NCBI RefSeq assembly: GCF_009914755.1
Contig: NC_060944.1
Strand: one strand, 5' to 3'
DNA from: the human T2T-CHM13v2.0 reference genome, Homo sapiens
Length of the DNA stretch: 64,000 bases
The notes below the pieces were generated by a model, which worked only from the letters and a program-made list of their open reading frames with translations, ran no database searches and was not told the DNA's origin. Position numbers and translations under genes: made by a program. Below, piece after piece: positions 1 to 19,600 of this stretch; position 1 is the first letter of the stretch, and each line of letters starts with the position of its first letter.

Positions 1-144
1 AGTGAGGTATGATCATGCCACTGCACTCTAGCCTGGTTGACATGGTAAGATATCACAAAAGAAAACACAGAACTCAGGAGTATGGATGGTGGGGTAGCTG
101 TGATTGGGGAGGGGGTACACAGGGGGCTCTAAGGTACTCACGTT

Positions 145-445
145 TATTTTTGTTTGTTTTTAGAGACAAGGTCTCCCTCTGTTGCCCACACTGGAGAACA
201 GTGGCGCGATCATAGCTTACTGCAGCCTTAAACTCCTGGGCTCAGGTGATCCCCGACTCAACCTTCTGAGTAGCTGGAGTTATAGGCGTGCACCACCACG
301 CCCAGCTATTTTTTAATTTTAGTTTTTGTAGAGATGGTGGTCTCACTATGTTGCCCAGGCTAGTCTCAAACTTCTGGCCTCAAGCATTCCTCCTACCTCA
401 GCCTCCCAAGTGCTGGGATTACAGGCATAAGCCATCATGCAAGGC
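145..445 (-). mobile_element. Alu (old, J-like)
   Basis: Diverged reverse-complement dimeric Alu. Confidence 0.85.
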
Positions 446-1599
446 AAACATATGTTTGATTATTAATTAATCTGGGTGATGAGTTTACAAGTGATGATTT
501 TCCTATTTTTAAAATTGTACATATGCATTAGATATTCTCTGTTGTATTTATGATAAATTTCTTTAAAAAAAAAAAGTGTACTGAAACAGTGCAATACTCT
601 GAGCCAGAACTGTAACAACTAACTCAACATATGCAGTGTCCGAAGGGTTAAGCCTGTTTCTCTGCCTGTGGGTGGGAGGGCAGGCAGCAGCTGGGGCACA
701 GTGGGAGTTCCTGGCTCCAGCTGGCTCCAGCCTGGATCAAGCACCACGCCCAGGAACTGGCACCTGTAGGGGGGGCTTCTGGACAGGTGGCACCTGTAGC
801 CCTTGGTGACCTGATACATGTGAGAGGCTGGGCCCAGTCAGATGGGTGGTGGGCTTCTGTCAGAGCCCCTCCATCTGGTAAGGAAGTTTGCTGGTGGCAG
901 CTTGGAGCTGGTGAGAAGGGGAAGAGGGTCTAGGACACAGGATGGGGGTGGGGAAGGAAGTGGGTGGGCTGGGCTCAGATACCAAGGGAGGGTGGTGGGA
1001 TTAGCACCTGCTGAGAATGAGATTAGGTTTCTTGGGAAGGGCTCATCTATCTAATGCTCCCCGAAAGCTGTCTCCCTGTGGCTTTTCTCTGCTGGACAGA
1101 TGGTGTCTGAGCTGCCTCTTGGAGGGCGGGCTCCTTGAGGGGGTGGTGGAGGTGGAGTGTGACCTGCTGCCTGCTTTCCAGAGGACCTTGAGGCCCTGGG
1201 ACTTCTTGTCTTCCAACAATAGTAATAAGGATTAGAGCTAACTCTTACTGAAGGTTTACCATATGCCAGGCATTGTCCTAAGCCCTTCATACAAATTACC
1301 CTCATTTAGTTTTCACAGCACCCAACTGCCTATCATCTAGACAGTAGGCTTACATTGAAGGAAACTAAGGCTTGGCAAAGTCAAACACTTGCTCAAAGTC
1401 AAACAGTAAGCAGGGCCTGGTGGCGTACCTATAATCCCAGGAAGATAGAGGCGGGAGGATCACTTGAGCCCAGGAGTTCGAGACAAGCACAGGCAACATA
1501 GTGAGACCTCATCTCAAAACAACAACAAAAACAAAACAGTAAGCAAACTAGGACTTGAATGCAGGCAGTTCAACTCCACAGCCCTAGCAGGAAATCACT

Positions 1600-2855
1600 A
1601 TCAGCCAAGGCATCTTCCCCTTATTAAATGGCAGTAAGGACTTTCCAGTTTCTTAAGCCAAAAACCTGGACTCCTTTCTCTCTCACCTCTTATCCAGCAA
1701 ACATCAGCAAATCCAGTTGGTCCAACCTTCAAATTGTATTGAAGCTCTGACCACTGCTCGCCACTTCCACCACCCATCCACCCTGGTATAAACTGCTGTT
1801 ATCACCCACCTGGCTTCTCACTGGTCTCCTGCTCCCGCTCTTACCCATAGAGTTTGTTCTCCACATCAGAGAGATCCTTCTAAAACCTGTCACTTCTTTG
1901 CTTAAAAATCCTCCATGCCTTTCCACTGCCCTTAAAGCAAGGTCCCATGTGGCCCTACAAGACCTGGCCCCTGGTGACGTCTCAGACCTGATTCCTACCA
2001 CTGGCTTACTCTACTCTGGCCATACTGGCCAACTTGCTGTACTTTAAATATGTTGGAGAGTCTTTTTTTGTACTTGCTTTATTTTTTAATTTTTTTGAAA
2101 CAAGGTCTTGCTCTGTCAGCCAGACTAGAGTGGAGGGACAGGATCATAGCTCACTGCAGCCTCAAACTCCTGGATTTAAGCCATCTTCCTGCCTCAGTGT
2201 CCCGAGTAGCTAGCTAGGACTACAGACATGCACCACTATGCCCAACTAAACTCTGGCTTTGTCGCTCTGGCTGATCTCAAACTCTCAGCATCAAGTGATC
2301 CTCCTGCCTTGGCCTCCCAAAGTGTTGGGATTATAGGCGTGAGCCACTGCATCTGGCTTTTTTTTGTTTTACGGCTTGCTGTTCTCTATGCCTACAACAC
2401 TATTCCCCCATATATCCGCACAGCTCATGCCCTCACTGCATTCAGATCCAATGTCACTTTATCAGAGAGGCCTTCCTAACTACCCTACCCTTCCTTTTCC
2501 CATCCCTAATCCCTTTTCTCTGCTTTATTTTTCCCTATATCACTAAATACTACCTCACATGTTATTTATTTTTTAGAGGTGGGTTGTCACTATGTTGCCC
2601 AGGTTGGTCTCGAACTCCTGGGCTCAAGCAATACTCCCACTTCAGCTTCCCAAAGTGCTAGAATTAAAGGCGAGAGCCACCATGCCTAGCCCTGACATGT
2701 TAATTTACTTAAAATCTGTCACCCACCTTGGAATGTCCACTGGGTGAGAATAGGGACTTTGGTTCGTTCAGACTGTATGTCCAACCTTTAGCTCAGTCCC
2801 TGATATATGACAGGAATGCAATAAATACTTGTTAATGAACAAATGAATGAATGAC
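1600..2855 (+). mobile_element. L2 3' fragment interrupted by Alu/FLAM
   Basis: L2-like text ending CAATAAATACTTGTTAATGAACAAATGAATGAATGA; Alu pieces at ~2080-2360 and ~2565-2692. Confidence 0.65.
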
Positions 2856-3241
2856 CAATATCCCTCAGGAAATGACTCAGACTCAAAGGGGAGTAAGGCT
2901 GCCTGAGTGTCCTTGGCTTTCACAGCCCTGATGACCTTTGGTACCCCATGGCAGCGGTCAACGTCCTTCCCTATTATGAAATGTCCTGGGTGCATAGCAT
3001 CACCACTGTGTCATCTACTTGTGCCTGCACCCATGCAAACACACAGGGACACAAAGCTGGAAAAGGGCTGGTTTTGAGAAGGAGTAAGCCTGGGCAGTTG
3101 AAACCCAGGTTCGGTGTACTCTAGGGCACTTACTTCTAGGTGACTGTCCTTGCCACTGCTGGCGTACCAAGGTCTCCCAGTCATATGCCCATGCACTGTA
3201 TACATTTTGGCATTTATTCTCATGAATAAAGTGTCATTAGA

Positions 3242-3712
3242 GGCCAGACACTGCTGGCTAACGCCTGTAATCGCAGCACTTTGGGACGTCAAGGTGGGAG
3301 GACTGCTTGAGCCCAGGAGTTAGAGACCAGTCTGGACAACACAGTGAGACCTTGTCTCTACTAAAAATTTAAAAATAAGCTAGTCGGCCGGGTGTGGTGG
3401 CTCACACCTGTAATCCTAGCACTTTGGGAAGCCGAGGCGGGTGGATCATCTGAGGTCAGGAGTTCGAGACGAGCCTGGCCAACGTGGTCAAACTCTGTCT
3501 CTACCAAAAATACAAAAATTAGCTGGGCATGGTGGTGGGTGACTGTAATCCCAGCTACTCGGGAGGCTGAGGCAGGAGAATCACTTGAATCCAGGAGGCG
3601 GAGGCTGCAGTGAGCCGAGATCAAGCCACTCCAGCCTGGGCAACAGAGCAAGACTCTATCTCAAAAAAAAAAAAAAAAAAAAAATTAGCTAGGCATGATG
3701 GCATGTGCCTAT
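3242..3712 (+). mobile_element. Nested Alus (full Alu 3386-3684 inside the A-rich linker of an older Alu)
   Basis: Left monomer, complete Alu with poly(A), then resumption of the outer right arm. Confidence 0.85.
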
Positions 3713-4035
3713 ATTTTAGCTTCACTATTTTCACATGTAAAATGGATGTCACAGGGCATATGGCTCCTTGGAATATTACATGAGATAACATATTTAAATC
3801 ATTCAGCAGTATACTTAGCACCCATGGAGTGCTCAATGGATGGTAGCTCTGTAGATCAGCTCTCAATAGAGGGACAGGCCATTAGATAAGCTTGGGGAAG
3901 GCTTCCTGGAAAAGACTGGCTTGGTACTGGACTTTGGAGCCTGGATAGAATATACATGAATGTTGGCTGGAAGGAGCCTATTCAAATGGAAGAGGGAAGA
4001 GGACAGGCTTTGGATGCTGGCAGTTTGCTGTGTAA

Positions 4036-4348
<313 letters not shown>

Positions 4349-4394
4349 TAACAGGTGACTTTACCTCTCAAAGTCTCAGTTTTCTTCTCTGTAG

Positions 4395-5451
<1,057 letters not shown>

Positions 5452-7491
5452 TTTTTTGCTTTTCAATTAGTGAGTCAAGGGGAGATCTCCAATATATCTC
5501 CAATAGTGTGGTGGCTGGTCTGCTCTGAAATGTAAGCAGTTTTTTTTTGTCCCCTTGACCAGACTCTAAAAGTCTTAAGGTCAAAAAGTCCACAAATAAC
5601 GTTTTGTTTACCCATCCTACAGTGCTAGGCCTAAGCCTCGGACTTAGGCAAAGGAGATCAGAAGGGTCATATGGCTAAATGTAGGTGGACAAGAGGGAGT
5701 CGGGGAGGGCCTTCCTGTGAATCCTCCTGCCTCTCAAGGACGCTCTGTTCCCTTAGCTTGAGAAGCCTTGAGGAAAGCTTTTTCCATGAACAAGCTTTTA
5801 AAAACCTTTTAGCTCTTTAAAAGCAGCAAGTACCATTCCAGTCATGACCCTGCAGACAGGTGGAACACCCATACTCCAGCCTCATTCTGAAGAGACTTGC
5901 AGAGCAGGAAGGAAGGGGTAATGACTTTCAGTTCCAGTAATGTATCTAGAAGCAGCAGCTGATTCAGCTAGATGATGTCACCTTCCCAAACCTCCTGACC
6001 AGCAGCTGAGATGGTAAAAGCAGGAAACAGGGGATACTCAGCTGGCTAAGTCCGAACATGCCTCTGGCAAAGGCCTACAGTAACCCCAGGCTCTGGAGGC
6101 ATCCTCCTGAAGATGAGGAGAAAGAGTCCTCTCAGCTGGGAGTACAGTAGGTGTCCTTCAAGACCCTCAAACCAAGATGCTTCTCCAACTCTCCTTTTGC
6201 TAAGCAGCTTTCTGCATATCCTGAACCAACAATCCTTCATTTATTCCAAGAGTGGAGCAGGGGAAAGAAGCCTGGCTTTAGAGCCAGCCCAATCTAGGTC
6301 CAAATCCAGGATTCACCACGTAAAGCTGCAGGACCCTGGCATGCAACTTCACTTATCCAAACCTTAGTTTCTTTACTGGAAAAGAAAGTAGGGCTAATGG
6401 ACCATTTAGCACACAGTCTAGGTGAGGGAATTAAATGAGAAAATGCATGTAGAGTACCTGACATGGGCTAGGTGCTCAATAAATGGTAGTCAACCATTAT
6501 CCCATTGGATCTCTGCAGAGGAGATTTGAAAGATCACCTCCATCTATAACACAAAAGGAAACAAAGGTACCAACTAGACCCAACAGTGTCAAAGCTGAGT
6601 AACTGAGTTGGCCCATGCATATAGTTGCTTCCTAGATATTCCATTACTCAGTTTCATTTTCTGTACAGCATTTAACCCAATCCCTGAAATAATCTTGTTT
6701 GTTTCTCGGGCTAGCTGTCTCTCCCATTAAAGTAAGAGTTCTACAAGAGCAATGTCCTTGACCTTATCTTGTTTATCTTAGCATCTTCAGCATGTAGCAC
6801 AGGGCCTGGCACATAGTTGGTGCTCAATAAACATTTGCCGAATCGCCAAATGAATAGCACCTGGGATGGCCAAAAGCTAAACTGACAATGGCCCCACACT
6901 TAACTCCTCCCCTCACTATTAGTTGAAGGCTCTGGCTCCCATTTCAGAAGCTGCCATTGCCACCTGGGAATCAGCAGCCCAACCAGTGGCCAGCATGGGC
7001 ATTAGTCCCTGGGCACGACCTATCTATTGGGATACCAGGGCTGCCAAGGAGGGCCTTGGAATCCTCCCCCTGGCACTTGAAGATCCTACAAACCTGGTTC
7101 TAGCTGACCTTTTTGGCTTTATTACCTAATGAAAGAGACCCCTCCACATATGCCTAAAATTTGACTGCCACTGCCCACGGGTCTCTTCTTGAGAGTTGGT
7201 CTCAGCCTGCAAATCTTAACCCACATTGACTCTCCTACTGGGAGCTACAGCCCCTCTTTTCTCCGCTTTGTGGTAAGGCTCGGTGTAAACCTCACCTCTT
7301 CTGTGAAGTCCTTCCCTCATTTGGCATTTAGCATTTATTGTTGGCTTTTACAAGATCTCCTTTCATGTATATTATGTCTTTTCTCTCTAATTCAACTGGA
7401 AGTATCTTGAGAGCAGAACTGGGTTTCCAATGGCAATATCTCAATTAATAAACCTTCTACAGAAAAGACTCCTTGAAACAAAGTTAGCTAG

Positions 7492-7963
<472 letters not shown>

Positions 7964-8444
7964 TGTAGTTAGATTTTTAAAAAACCATCATTTTAAATGA
8001 ATCTGGGCAATATTTAGTTATAAAGAATGGCATAAAAACTGCTCAGTTCAAAGGACTTTTGTAACATACATTTGTGTGAACTAATTTTACTTTTGGCTCG
8101 TCTTCTTACCCATATTTTCCTTTCACCCGACTCCCTTAGCTACATTATCCTTTTGGTTGTATGAATTTTCCTAAGTTGCTTCCAACTCTTTGTAAAACAG
8201 AGCAAGGTTCCAATAAAAAATAAGATTGGTCCAGTTTTCTTTTAAGTGGTACAGTGGTATATATAAAAAATGATGTTCCAAACAACTCATTATAACAATT
8301 AAGAATAAGTGGCAAAAATAATGCATGTAAATCACTGAATACAGTGCTTGGCACTTAATGAGCATTCAAAAGTAGGATGAAAGAACACTATTAATTCTCA
8401 TTAGCTTCTCTTCTCTGGGCCTCAGTTTTTTCATGTCTTAGGTT

Positions 8445-11055
<2,611 letters not shown>

Positions 11056-14000
11056 AGAGTGATTTTCTAAGGTCCCTTCCCAGCTTTTTCCCTGTCATTC
11101 TAGGCTGCCATGAACTGGTTGCCTGAGCCATAAAGACACAGTTTCTGGATTAGAGTGACTGAAGAGCTTAGAGTGGTTCCTTGCCCTTGGCCGGAGTAGG
11201 GAATCTGTGTCACCTTGTTCTGCAGGAGATGGAGGAAGTGACTCCCTCAGGGAGGGGTGGGAATCCCATCTTGGAAAACATCCTCAAACCACCTGTATTG
11301 TTTCTGCCTCCTGTGTGGAAGTTTCTGCCAATGACACAGTGCTCTCTGGAATGCACCCCCCCAACGCACACACCCAATCTTCCGTTTACACAGGCATAGC
11401 TGTACTTTGCATTCCTCCTAGGATTTAGTTCAAAGCTAGCCTACAGGAACTGGTCGATAAAGAGTTACTGATTGATTACTAAAGAAAGAGAATATTCTCA
11501 GCCATTAAGCAAATATTAATGAGTTTTATGAGTATTATGTTGGTCTCTGGGGGTGCAAGGTGATTAAATGGGTTTCTAGTCTTCACTGAGCTCAGAATTC
11601 AGTGGATAGACCAAAAACTACAGACAACTACAATGCTGGATACAATAGTTATAACAGCAACATTTACTAGGGCCTTCCTTATCCAGGTAGGACAAGTTGG
11701 CTTTGGAGCCAGACTACCTGGGTTCAAATCATGGTTTTACCACTTACTCGCTGTGCATCTTTGAACAACTTTCTTAACTTCTCTATAGGAATAATAAGAG
11801 AACCTACCTGAGTGGTACTATTTTGAGAATTCAATGAACTATCTCATATAAAACACTTAAGTGCAAGTGCTCATTGTTAAATATTACTAAAATTACCTTA
11901 ATACCTGCACCATATGATCTTACATACATTCTTACAAAAGGCTCTTAAATCCTTACAAAAACCCTATGAAGTATTATTATTATCCCCATTTTTCAGATAG
12001 GGGGACTGAGGCTCAGAAATGGAAAGGAATGCACCCAAAATCTAACAGCTGATATGTAATAGAGACCAGATTCAAACTCAACTCTGTCTGATTCCAGAGC
12101 CCATACTTCCAATTAACAAAATGATCCCCTTTTCATAAAGAGCCCCAGCACAGTGCCTAACACACAGCAGAGACTTTATAAAGGGAGCTATGGTTATTAT
12201 GTCATTGTCCCTGGAGTTTCCAGCTGTAGATGCTGTAGAACCCAGAGGAGGGGGCCTCTCTTTCACCCTAAAGGGATCTGAGAAGGGTTTAAAGGTGCTG
12301 GGTGCCAACTACAGGCTTTGCTTGGGAGTCCCAAAGGTTTCCCTCACTGGGGCTTGGGATACTAATATGGAACCTACACTAGCACCACTAAATCAGACCC
12401 AGAAAGTTCCCCCAGGTGTCCAAACACCTGCATGAACAAGCAGGCAGTTTCCTCTAGGTTGACTTCTTGTCTGGCCCTACACATCTCTCAGTTTCATCAC
12501 TCAGCCACCAGCCCTGGGTCTCATGTATGCACCTGCTGCTTGACCCAGTCCCAGGAGACACTGAGCCTTAGAATTGGGCTCCTTCTCTGGACCTTGCCCC
12601 AAAGGCTATTTCTGAGTGACTCCCTGGGACTTCCCTGACATGGTAACCCCTAGGGCTCCAACTGAACATGGGTGCTGTGAGCAAGGGGAAATTCTTCTGA
12701 GTAGCAGATGGAGAGTGGGTAGAACAAGAGGCAGTTGTTCTGGATCAGAGATAAGCATGGGGTGAGAACCATAGTACACTGGATTTTATGTTTAAGCAGC
12801 ACTGATCCTCGATAGTTCAGAACTCCCGCACTGAAGTCCAGCGTAGGCAGGTAAGGACAACCTGGAGCCAGGCATTAATACTCACTTCTACTTCCCATCT
12901 GAGTCATATTCAGAGTCTGGCCTTGCCTGGTACTTTGACTGCAGAAGGCAACCCATGGCTAAATCAAGGCACCTCAAGCCTCATAGAGAAAAGGGAAAGA
13001 CTCAGCATTTGCTGAGCTTTTACTCTGCACTAGGCAATGTGTAAGTGCACTTTACATGTACCATTAATTATTAGGAATGTTTGTTAATCCAGTCACTAAA
13101 CACTCAGCCACCAAGTACTAGGCCCAGCAGTAGCTGTTAAGAGTGAATAAGACATAGTTTTTATCCTCAGTAAGCTCAGAGCACCTCGTTTAGTCTTTCT
13201 CCCAACAACCCTCTGAAATGAGTATTACTTCCACTTTATAGATCTTCAGGTTTACAGAGGGAAGTAACTTGTCCAAATTCATGAAGCCAGTTAAGTGATA
13301 AGATATTGCTTCTACTCAAAAAATGCTTGTTGACTGAATGAATGAATGAATGACACAGCTATGGCTGTGACTTTAGTCAAGGAGTAGCAACAAGACCAAA
13401 TATTTATAGTTCTCAAAGTGCTTTTTCATCTATCATCTCTTTGGGCCTCCCTGCTAGCCCATGAGGGAGGCAAGGCGGGTGTTATCTTTCTTCAACATAT
13501 GAGGCAACAGGCAGAGCTTGGGCAAGAGGCTTGAGGCCACAGAGCAAACAAGGAGTGAGTGGGGCCATCCTGGAAAAACTCCAGAGTTCCCACAATGCCA
13601 TGTTTAATCATTCAAACCCATGTCAAGCACCTACTGTGTGCCAGGCATGCTCCTACCCACTTTAAATACTTAACTCATTAAGTCTTCCACTCAGTCAACA
13701 AACAAGGAGGACCCTGGGAAGATAAAACAAAATATGCCCCATTGCCAAACGCCTAGTCAACAACACTGGCCAAACCTCTACTGTGTACAAGGTATGACTT
13801 GGGCCTTGTAGAGGAGGTAGGGGACAAGGTTGTGAGCCAAGGCCCCAAGCTTCAGGTACCTTAAAATCTCTAAACTCTTGGTCCAAAGATATCCACATAT
13901 TCTGTCAGCCTGAAAGTTCACTCCTGGAGAGTAGATCCAATAGCAATGACAACAATTTGTTTACCAGTGATTGCAATGTGACAATAACAGTAATAATAGT

Positions 14001-14108
14001 AGCTTGTTATACTAAGTAATTACTATATGCTGGGCTCCTTGGTAAGTGCTCCATGTATCTTTTCAACTATTTTCATGCTCTCAAGAGTGTTTCAAGAAAA
14101 GCGCTGTA

Positions 14109-14422
<314 letters not shown>

Positions 14423-15971
14423 CACTGTATATTGTTACCTCTTTTCCATACATGAGGAAACTAAGGCTGGGAAAGATTAAGTATTTGCCAAGGATAACTA
14501 TTAAGCAAGTGAGACTCACCAACTCAACAACGGTTTGTCAAATTTCGTACCTGACTCTTAACAACGATGGAATTTCTCCCAAGGAGGCAAGGCAGACACC
14601 AGGAATACCAGGAGCAGCTGCTGCCTGAGAGAGTGGGGGGCCTCCAGAGCCCCCAGAAGAGTCTTCCTAACCTCTTTCCATCAGGTTTTAACATCACACT
14701 GAGATGGGGAGGTAAGGAAAGAATGGTTAGGTGTGCTCAATCTATCCTTAGGGCAACAAGGGTCTGGCCCTCTTTGTTGACCCTCAAGGGAAGAAGTTTG
14801 TGACTTCCCATTTGTCACTCACCAACCCTCTAGAGAGAAACAGAAGGGGGCAAGGGCATGGGAGTATTTTCTCCCTGGGGTTGGGGGGCACACACAAGGG
14901 AAGAAGCAGCAGCCTTACTGGCTCTTTCCTCCCCTGGGCAAGAAGCCTGTACATGTGATACAGTGTATGTCATTCACATGGAACCCCCTTGGGGAAATGC
15001 CAAGGTACCTTTTGGACCCAAGAAGCCTCAGAGAGGAGAGACTGGCAAAGCCCTGAACTGCAAGCTAAGCTGACAATTTCTAAGCATTGTAACTAGGTCA
15101 TCAGGTTCCTGGAGAAGCCAGCTGTGGCTGGGGGATGGGGAGGAAAATTTTGCAGCCTACCAAGATCCCTACTTCCCTTTAGGCCCCACCCTCCCTGAAA
15201 TCTGCACCTGCTCCCAAACTGACCCCTCCCCCCAGCTGAGCCCAGCTGTCAACGGCTCCCAATGCCCCGCCCTGCCTTCCTTAGGCCAGAACCATGGGGG
15301 CCTCTTGGGCAGGAGGTACCTGATTGCCACCTGAGCTTTGCAGAGAAGGAGCTGTGGGGCAGGGAAGGATTGGCCTCTCCTAGAAGATATTTCTTGCTCC
15401 ACCAGGGCAGCAAGAAAGTTAGGCCCCTTTGGGCCTACCTAGGGTACCCTTCCTGGCATTGTCACTGCAGGTGGCAGGAGACAGGTGATGTTTACCCTGC
15501 TGAGGCCAGAGTTGCCAAAAGGCTTCAATCAATCCTTTGAATCTGCACCTGGCCCTGAGTCCCAAAATAACAACCAGGGCAGCTTACCTGATCTGCAGGT
15601 TGCAGGTGCCTCTGGCTTTTCTCTCCCTGCAGCTCTGCCTGCTGAGCCCTGGCTGGCAAGAGATTCTTTTTCTTAGGGGTTACTGAGACCTAACTGCATC
15701 CCACAGGTGCTCTGGGCCTCTCCCCATTAGGCCCACCTCTACCATCAACCATCCCTCTGTCCAGAGGCCTCTGTCATCAGCCACCTGGTTTCTTCCCTGA
15801 CCAACTTTATTGCTGACACAGACCATCTTTGGCTCTAGCCAGTCTGCCTCCTCATGATCTCTCAAATGCTTCATACATACTCCACCCTCCAGTTCTGTCT
15901 GGGTGGTTCTTACCCGTCTGGCCTGCTCGTGTGTGTGTGTGCGCGCGTGCACGCGTGTGTAACTAGCCTGA

Positions 15972-16600
<629 letters not shown>

Positions 16601-19600
16601 GCCTGCTCTTGTTACATTCTTTTCACCTATTTAAACCCATCATGGTCCACATCTTCCTAAGACATAACAATGCCTAACATTGACTGAGTATATCAGACAC
16701 CGTGTGAGGTGGTCTACACAGTCACTTATTCAACAAATATTTGCTAAGTGCCTCCTATGTACCAAGCACTCTGCTAGATGCTGGGGATGAAAGACAGGAT
16801 AAAGCCCGTGTACTCCGAGAGCTTATGTTTTACTACAGGAGACAGATGGTAAACATGTAAACATGGCGACCTCTAGGGAGGTGATATCTGAGTTGATACC
16901 TGAATGATAAGAAGAGAGAGAGCCCTGATCAGATCCATAGGATGAGTGATACAGGCAGAGGAAAAACAGCAAGCCTATAAGGAAGAGATTACTATCATCT
17001 TCATTAAGAGATTAGTATTATCTCCATTTACAGACCGGGAAACTGAGGCCTCAGTGGAAATTGTACAAAGCTACGGTGCTGAGAAAGCTATGATTATTTA
17101 AGCTGTCAGTGACCTCTCTCCTTCCTAACCCTTTCCACTGTTGATGCAGAAGACAGTCTGGATTGGCAATGCAGTTGGCTAGGGAAAGGGTGCAGGTTGA
17201 TGATACAGGCTGAGGGTGGAGGCCTCTGGGCCCAGTAATCAACTGGGTAGCTGATGGTGGAAGCTGGCCCATTTGGCAGAGGCCCAGGGCCCAGCAATGC
17301 AGTCAGGTGGGCTCAACTTCTTCCACTTTTGGTGTTTACTCTACAGGTTTGGCACAGTTTGCCTCAAGCCATTCACCAAGTGTTTGAGGTCTATTCCTAC
17401 TGCTTCAAATGAGTTTGCTTCCTTAGGGGCAGAAACTTTTTTTGTAGCCTAACCTGTATCTAATAATAACCCTTCATGTTCATTGAGCAGGCCCTGGCTG
17501 AGTCCTCACCCAACCGCGGGCCCTGAGCCAGGTAGTCAGGGTAAAATAAGCCAGTCTGGGCTTGTAAGAAGCAATGACGCTTATAGGCTTTTGCATCAGA
17601 CACATCTGAGTATAAGACCCAGCTCTGCCTCTTAGAAGATCTGTTACTGTGGACACATTAGGGAGCCTCTCTGAACCCTAGATTCTCCATCTTCACAGGA
17701 GAGCATTTGTGAGAACCAAGTAAGATGATTATATTGAGGGGATAAACACAGCACCTGGCACAGAGCAAGTAACTACTCAACCCATAGTATCTGTTATTAT
17801 TACCAAAAAACACACTTACATTTCACTTTCTCATTCATGCCTCACTTACTCTGGTGGCTTGGCATTATTCTCTCAGGCTTATGGATGAGAATTTGAAGCT
17901 GATTTGCTTTGTGTTATGCCACCAGCAAGGAGTCAAGCTGTCTCAAATGTGAGGCCAGAGTTTTGTCTGTGTATGTGTTGAAGGTGATTAATACATATCA
18001 ACTATAATGAATCTTGCCTGGTGTGTCTGGCAGCTGAGGAGAAGGATGGATGGCACATGTAGACTGATTCAGATGGCAGAGGGACACCAGCAAGACCCAA
18101 GGTGTGGAGTATGGAAACAGACCATTGAGGGATGGGACTCAGTCTCAGTTACCACAATATCCACAGTATCACTAGCATTTAGCACATTACAAAGCATTTG
18201 TCAATATTTGCTGATTTAACAAAAGAAATGAAACTCCAAGGACAGCTCCAAGCCACACATCCAGCTTTAGGAGAGGCAGACAGTATTGATAATACTGTGT
18301 TAAAAGCCAGAACATGAATTCTAAGTCTGATGCTGCCATTTACTGTGGGACAAGACCCCTTATCTTAGTTTCCCCTCTGGAAACAGGGCTGAACATACCC
18401 ACCTCTCCTACTTCACTGGGAAATAACTTATAAAAGGAGTTTGGTAAATTGAAAGTATTATCATGCACATAAAGAGAATAATCATGACAATACAGACTAC
18501 TAAGACAGTAGAGTGTGAATCCCAGCTCTTCTTGGTACTAGCCTGTGAAGCTCTGGGTATATCACTTTTCTCTGAGCCTCAATTTTCTCAACCATAAAAT
18601 GAAGGTAACAACACCTACTTTGCAAGATTTTTAAGGACTGGAGATAAAAAGGACAGGCTTCAGAGTAAGAGAGACCTGGTTTCAAATGCTGACTCTGCCT
18701 CTGGCTAACTATAAGCCCTCCCAAATCTCAGTGCCTATAACGATAAGGTTGTTGGGATAGTAACAAAAACAGCGTCACTAAAGGCTGTCACATAGTGAGC
18801 ACTGGATTAATGCCAGCAGTCACCTAGACAATAGCGCACTGGACGAGGGAACACAGTGGAGCGTTTAAAAGGGGGAGGTTGGAAGCTACCCTCCCAGGCT
18901 TTGCCTCTTACTAACTGTGCTACTTTGCATAAATTGCTTAACCTCTCTGTACCTCAGTTTCCTCATGTGTGAAACAGGGATAAAAGAACCTACTTCAGAG
19001 TGCTGCTGTGAGAATGAAATCTATTAATACATGTAAAGCACTTTGAACAATGGCTGGCATAGAGTAAGCACTCAATAAGTGTTAGATACTATTAATAGTA
19101 ATGTTAACAATAATATTAATCACCAACTGGAGTAAGAGGGAGGGACTGTTTATCCTGGGACATGGGTGTCCCATGAAATAATTACAGAGAAGTCTCAGCA
19201 GCTGTTTGTAGGCAAGTTTTTAGCCTCGAAGACTCTATGGAAAGGACACGAGGCTGGGGGCTCCTGAGCAAATATCCCAGTCCCACTGACCAGGAGGCCA
19301 GTCTCTAGGGAAGCGAGTCAGGCTCCTTGGAAGGGACACTATGTTCCTATCCCTGCCTGACTCGGGGGAACAAAGGCACGTGTGTATGTGTGTGTGGCCA
19401 GGGAGGAGGGAGGGGAATGTTTCCCTTTCAAGAGAGGAACAAAGGATCTGAGGCATAGTTGAGTGCGTTCCAATCCCCTCCCAGGCCAGCTCCCATTCCT
19501 CAGATGATTGTCCAACAAGGTTTTCAACCTTCTAGCTTCCTCCTCAAAGGTGACTGGGGGAGGGGAAGGCAGGCTCTGTTTCACTCCACCCTTTATCATC

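Noticed and set aside
16851-16868. p53-like AAACATGTAAACATGG
   Set aside because: Both half-sites mismatch RRRCWWGYYY and overlap, and the site lies in an L2-like remnant.
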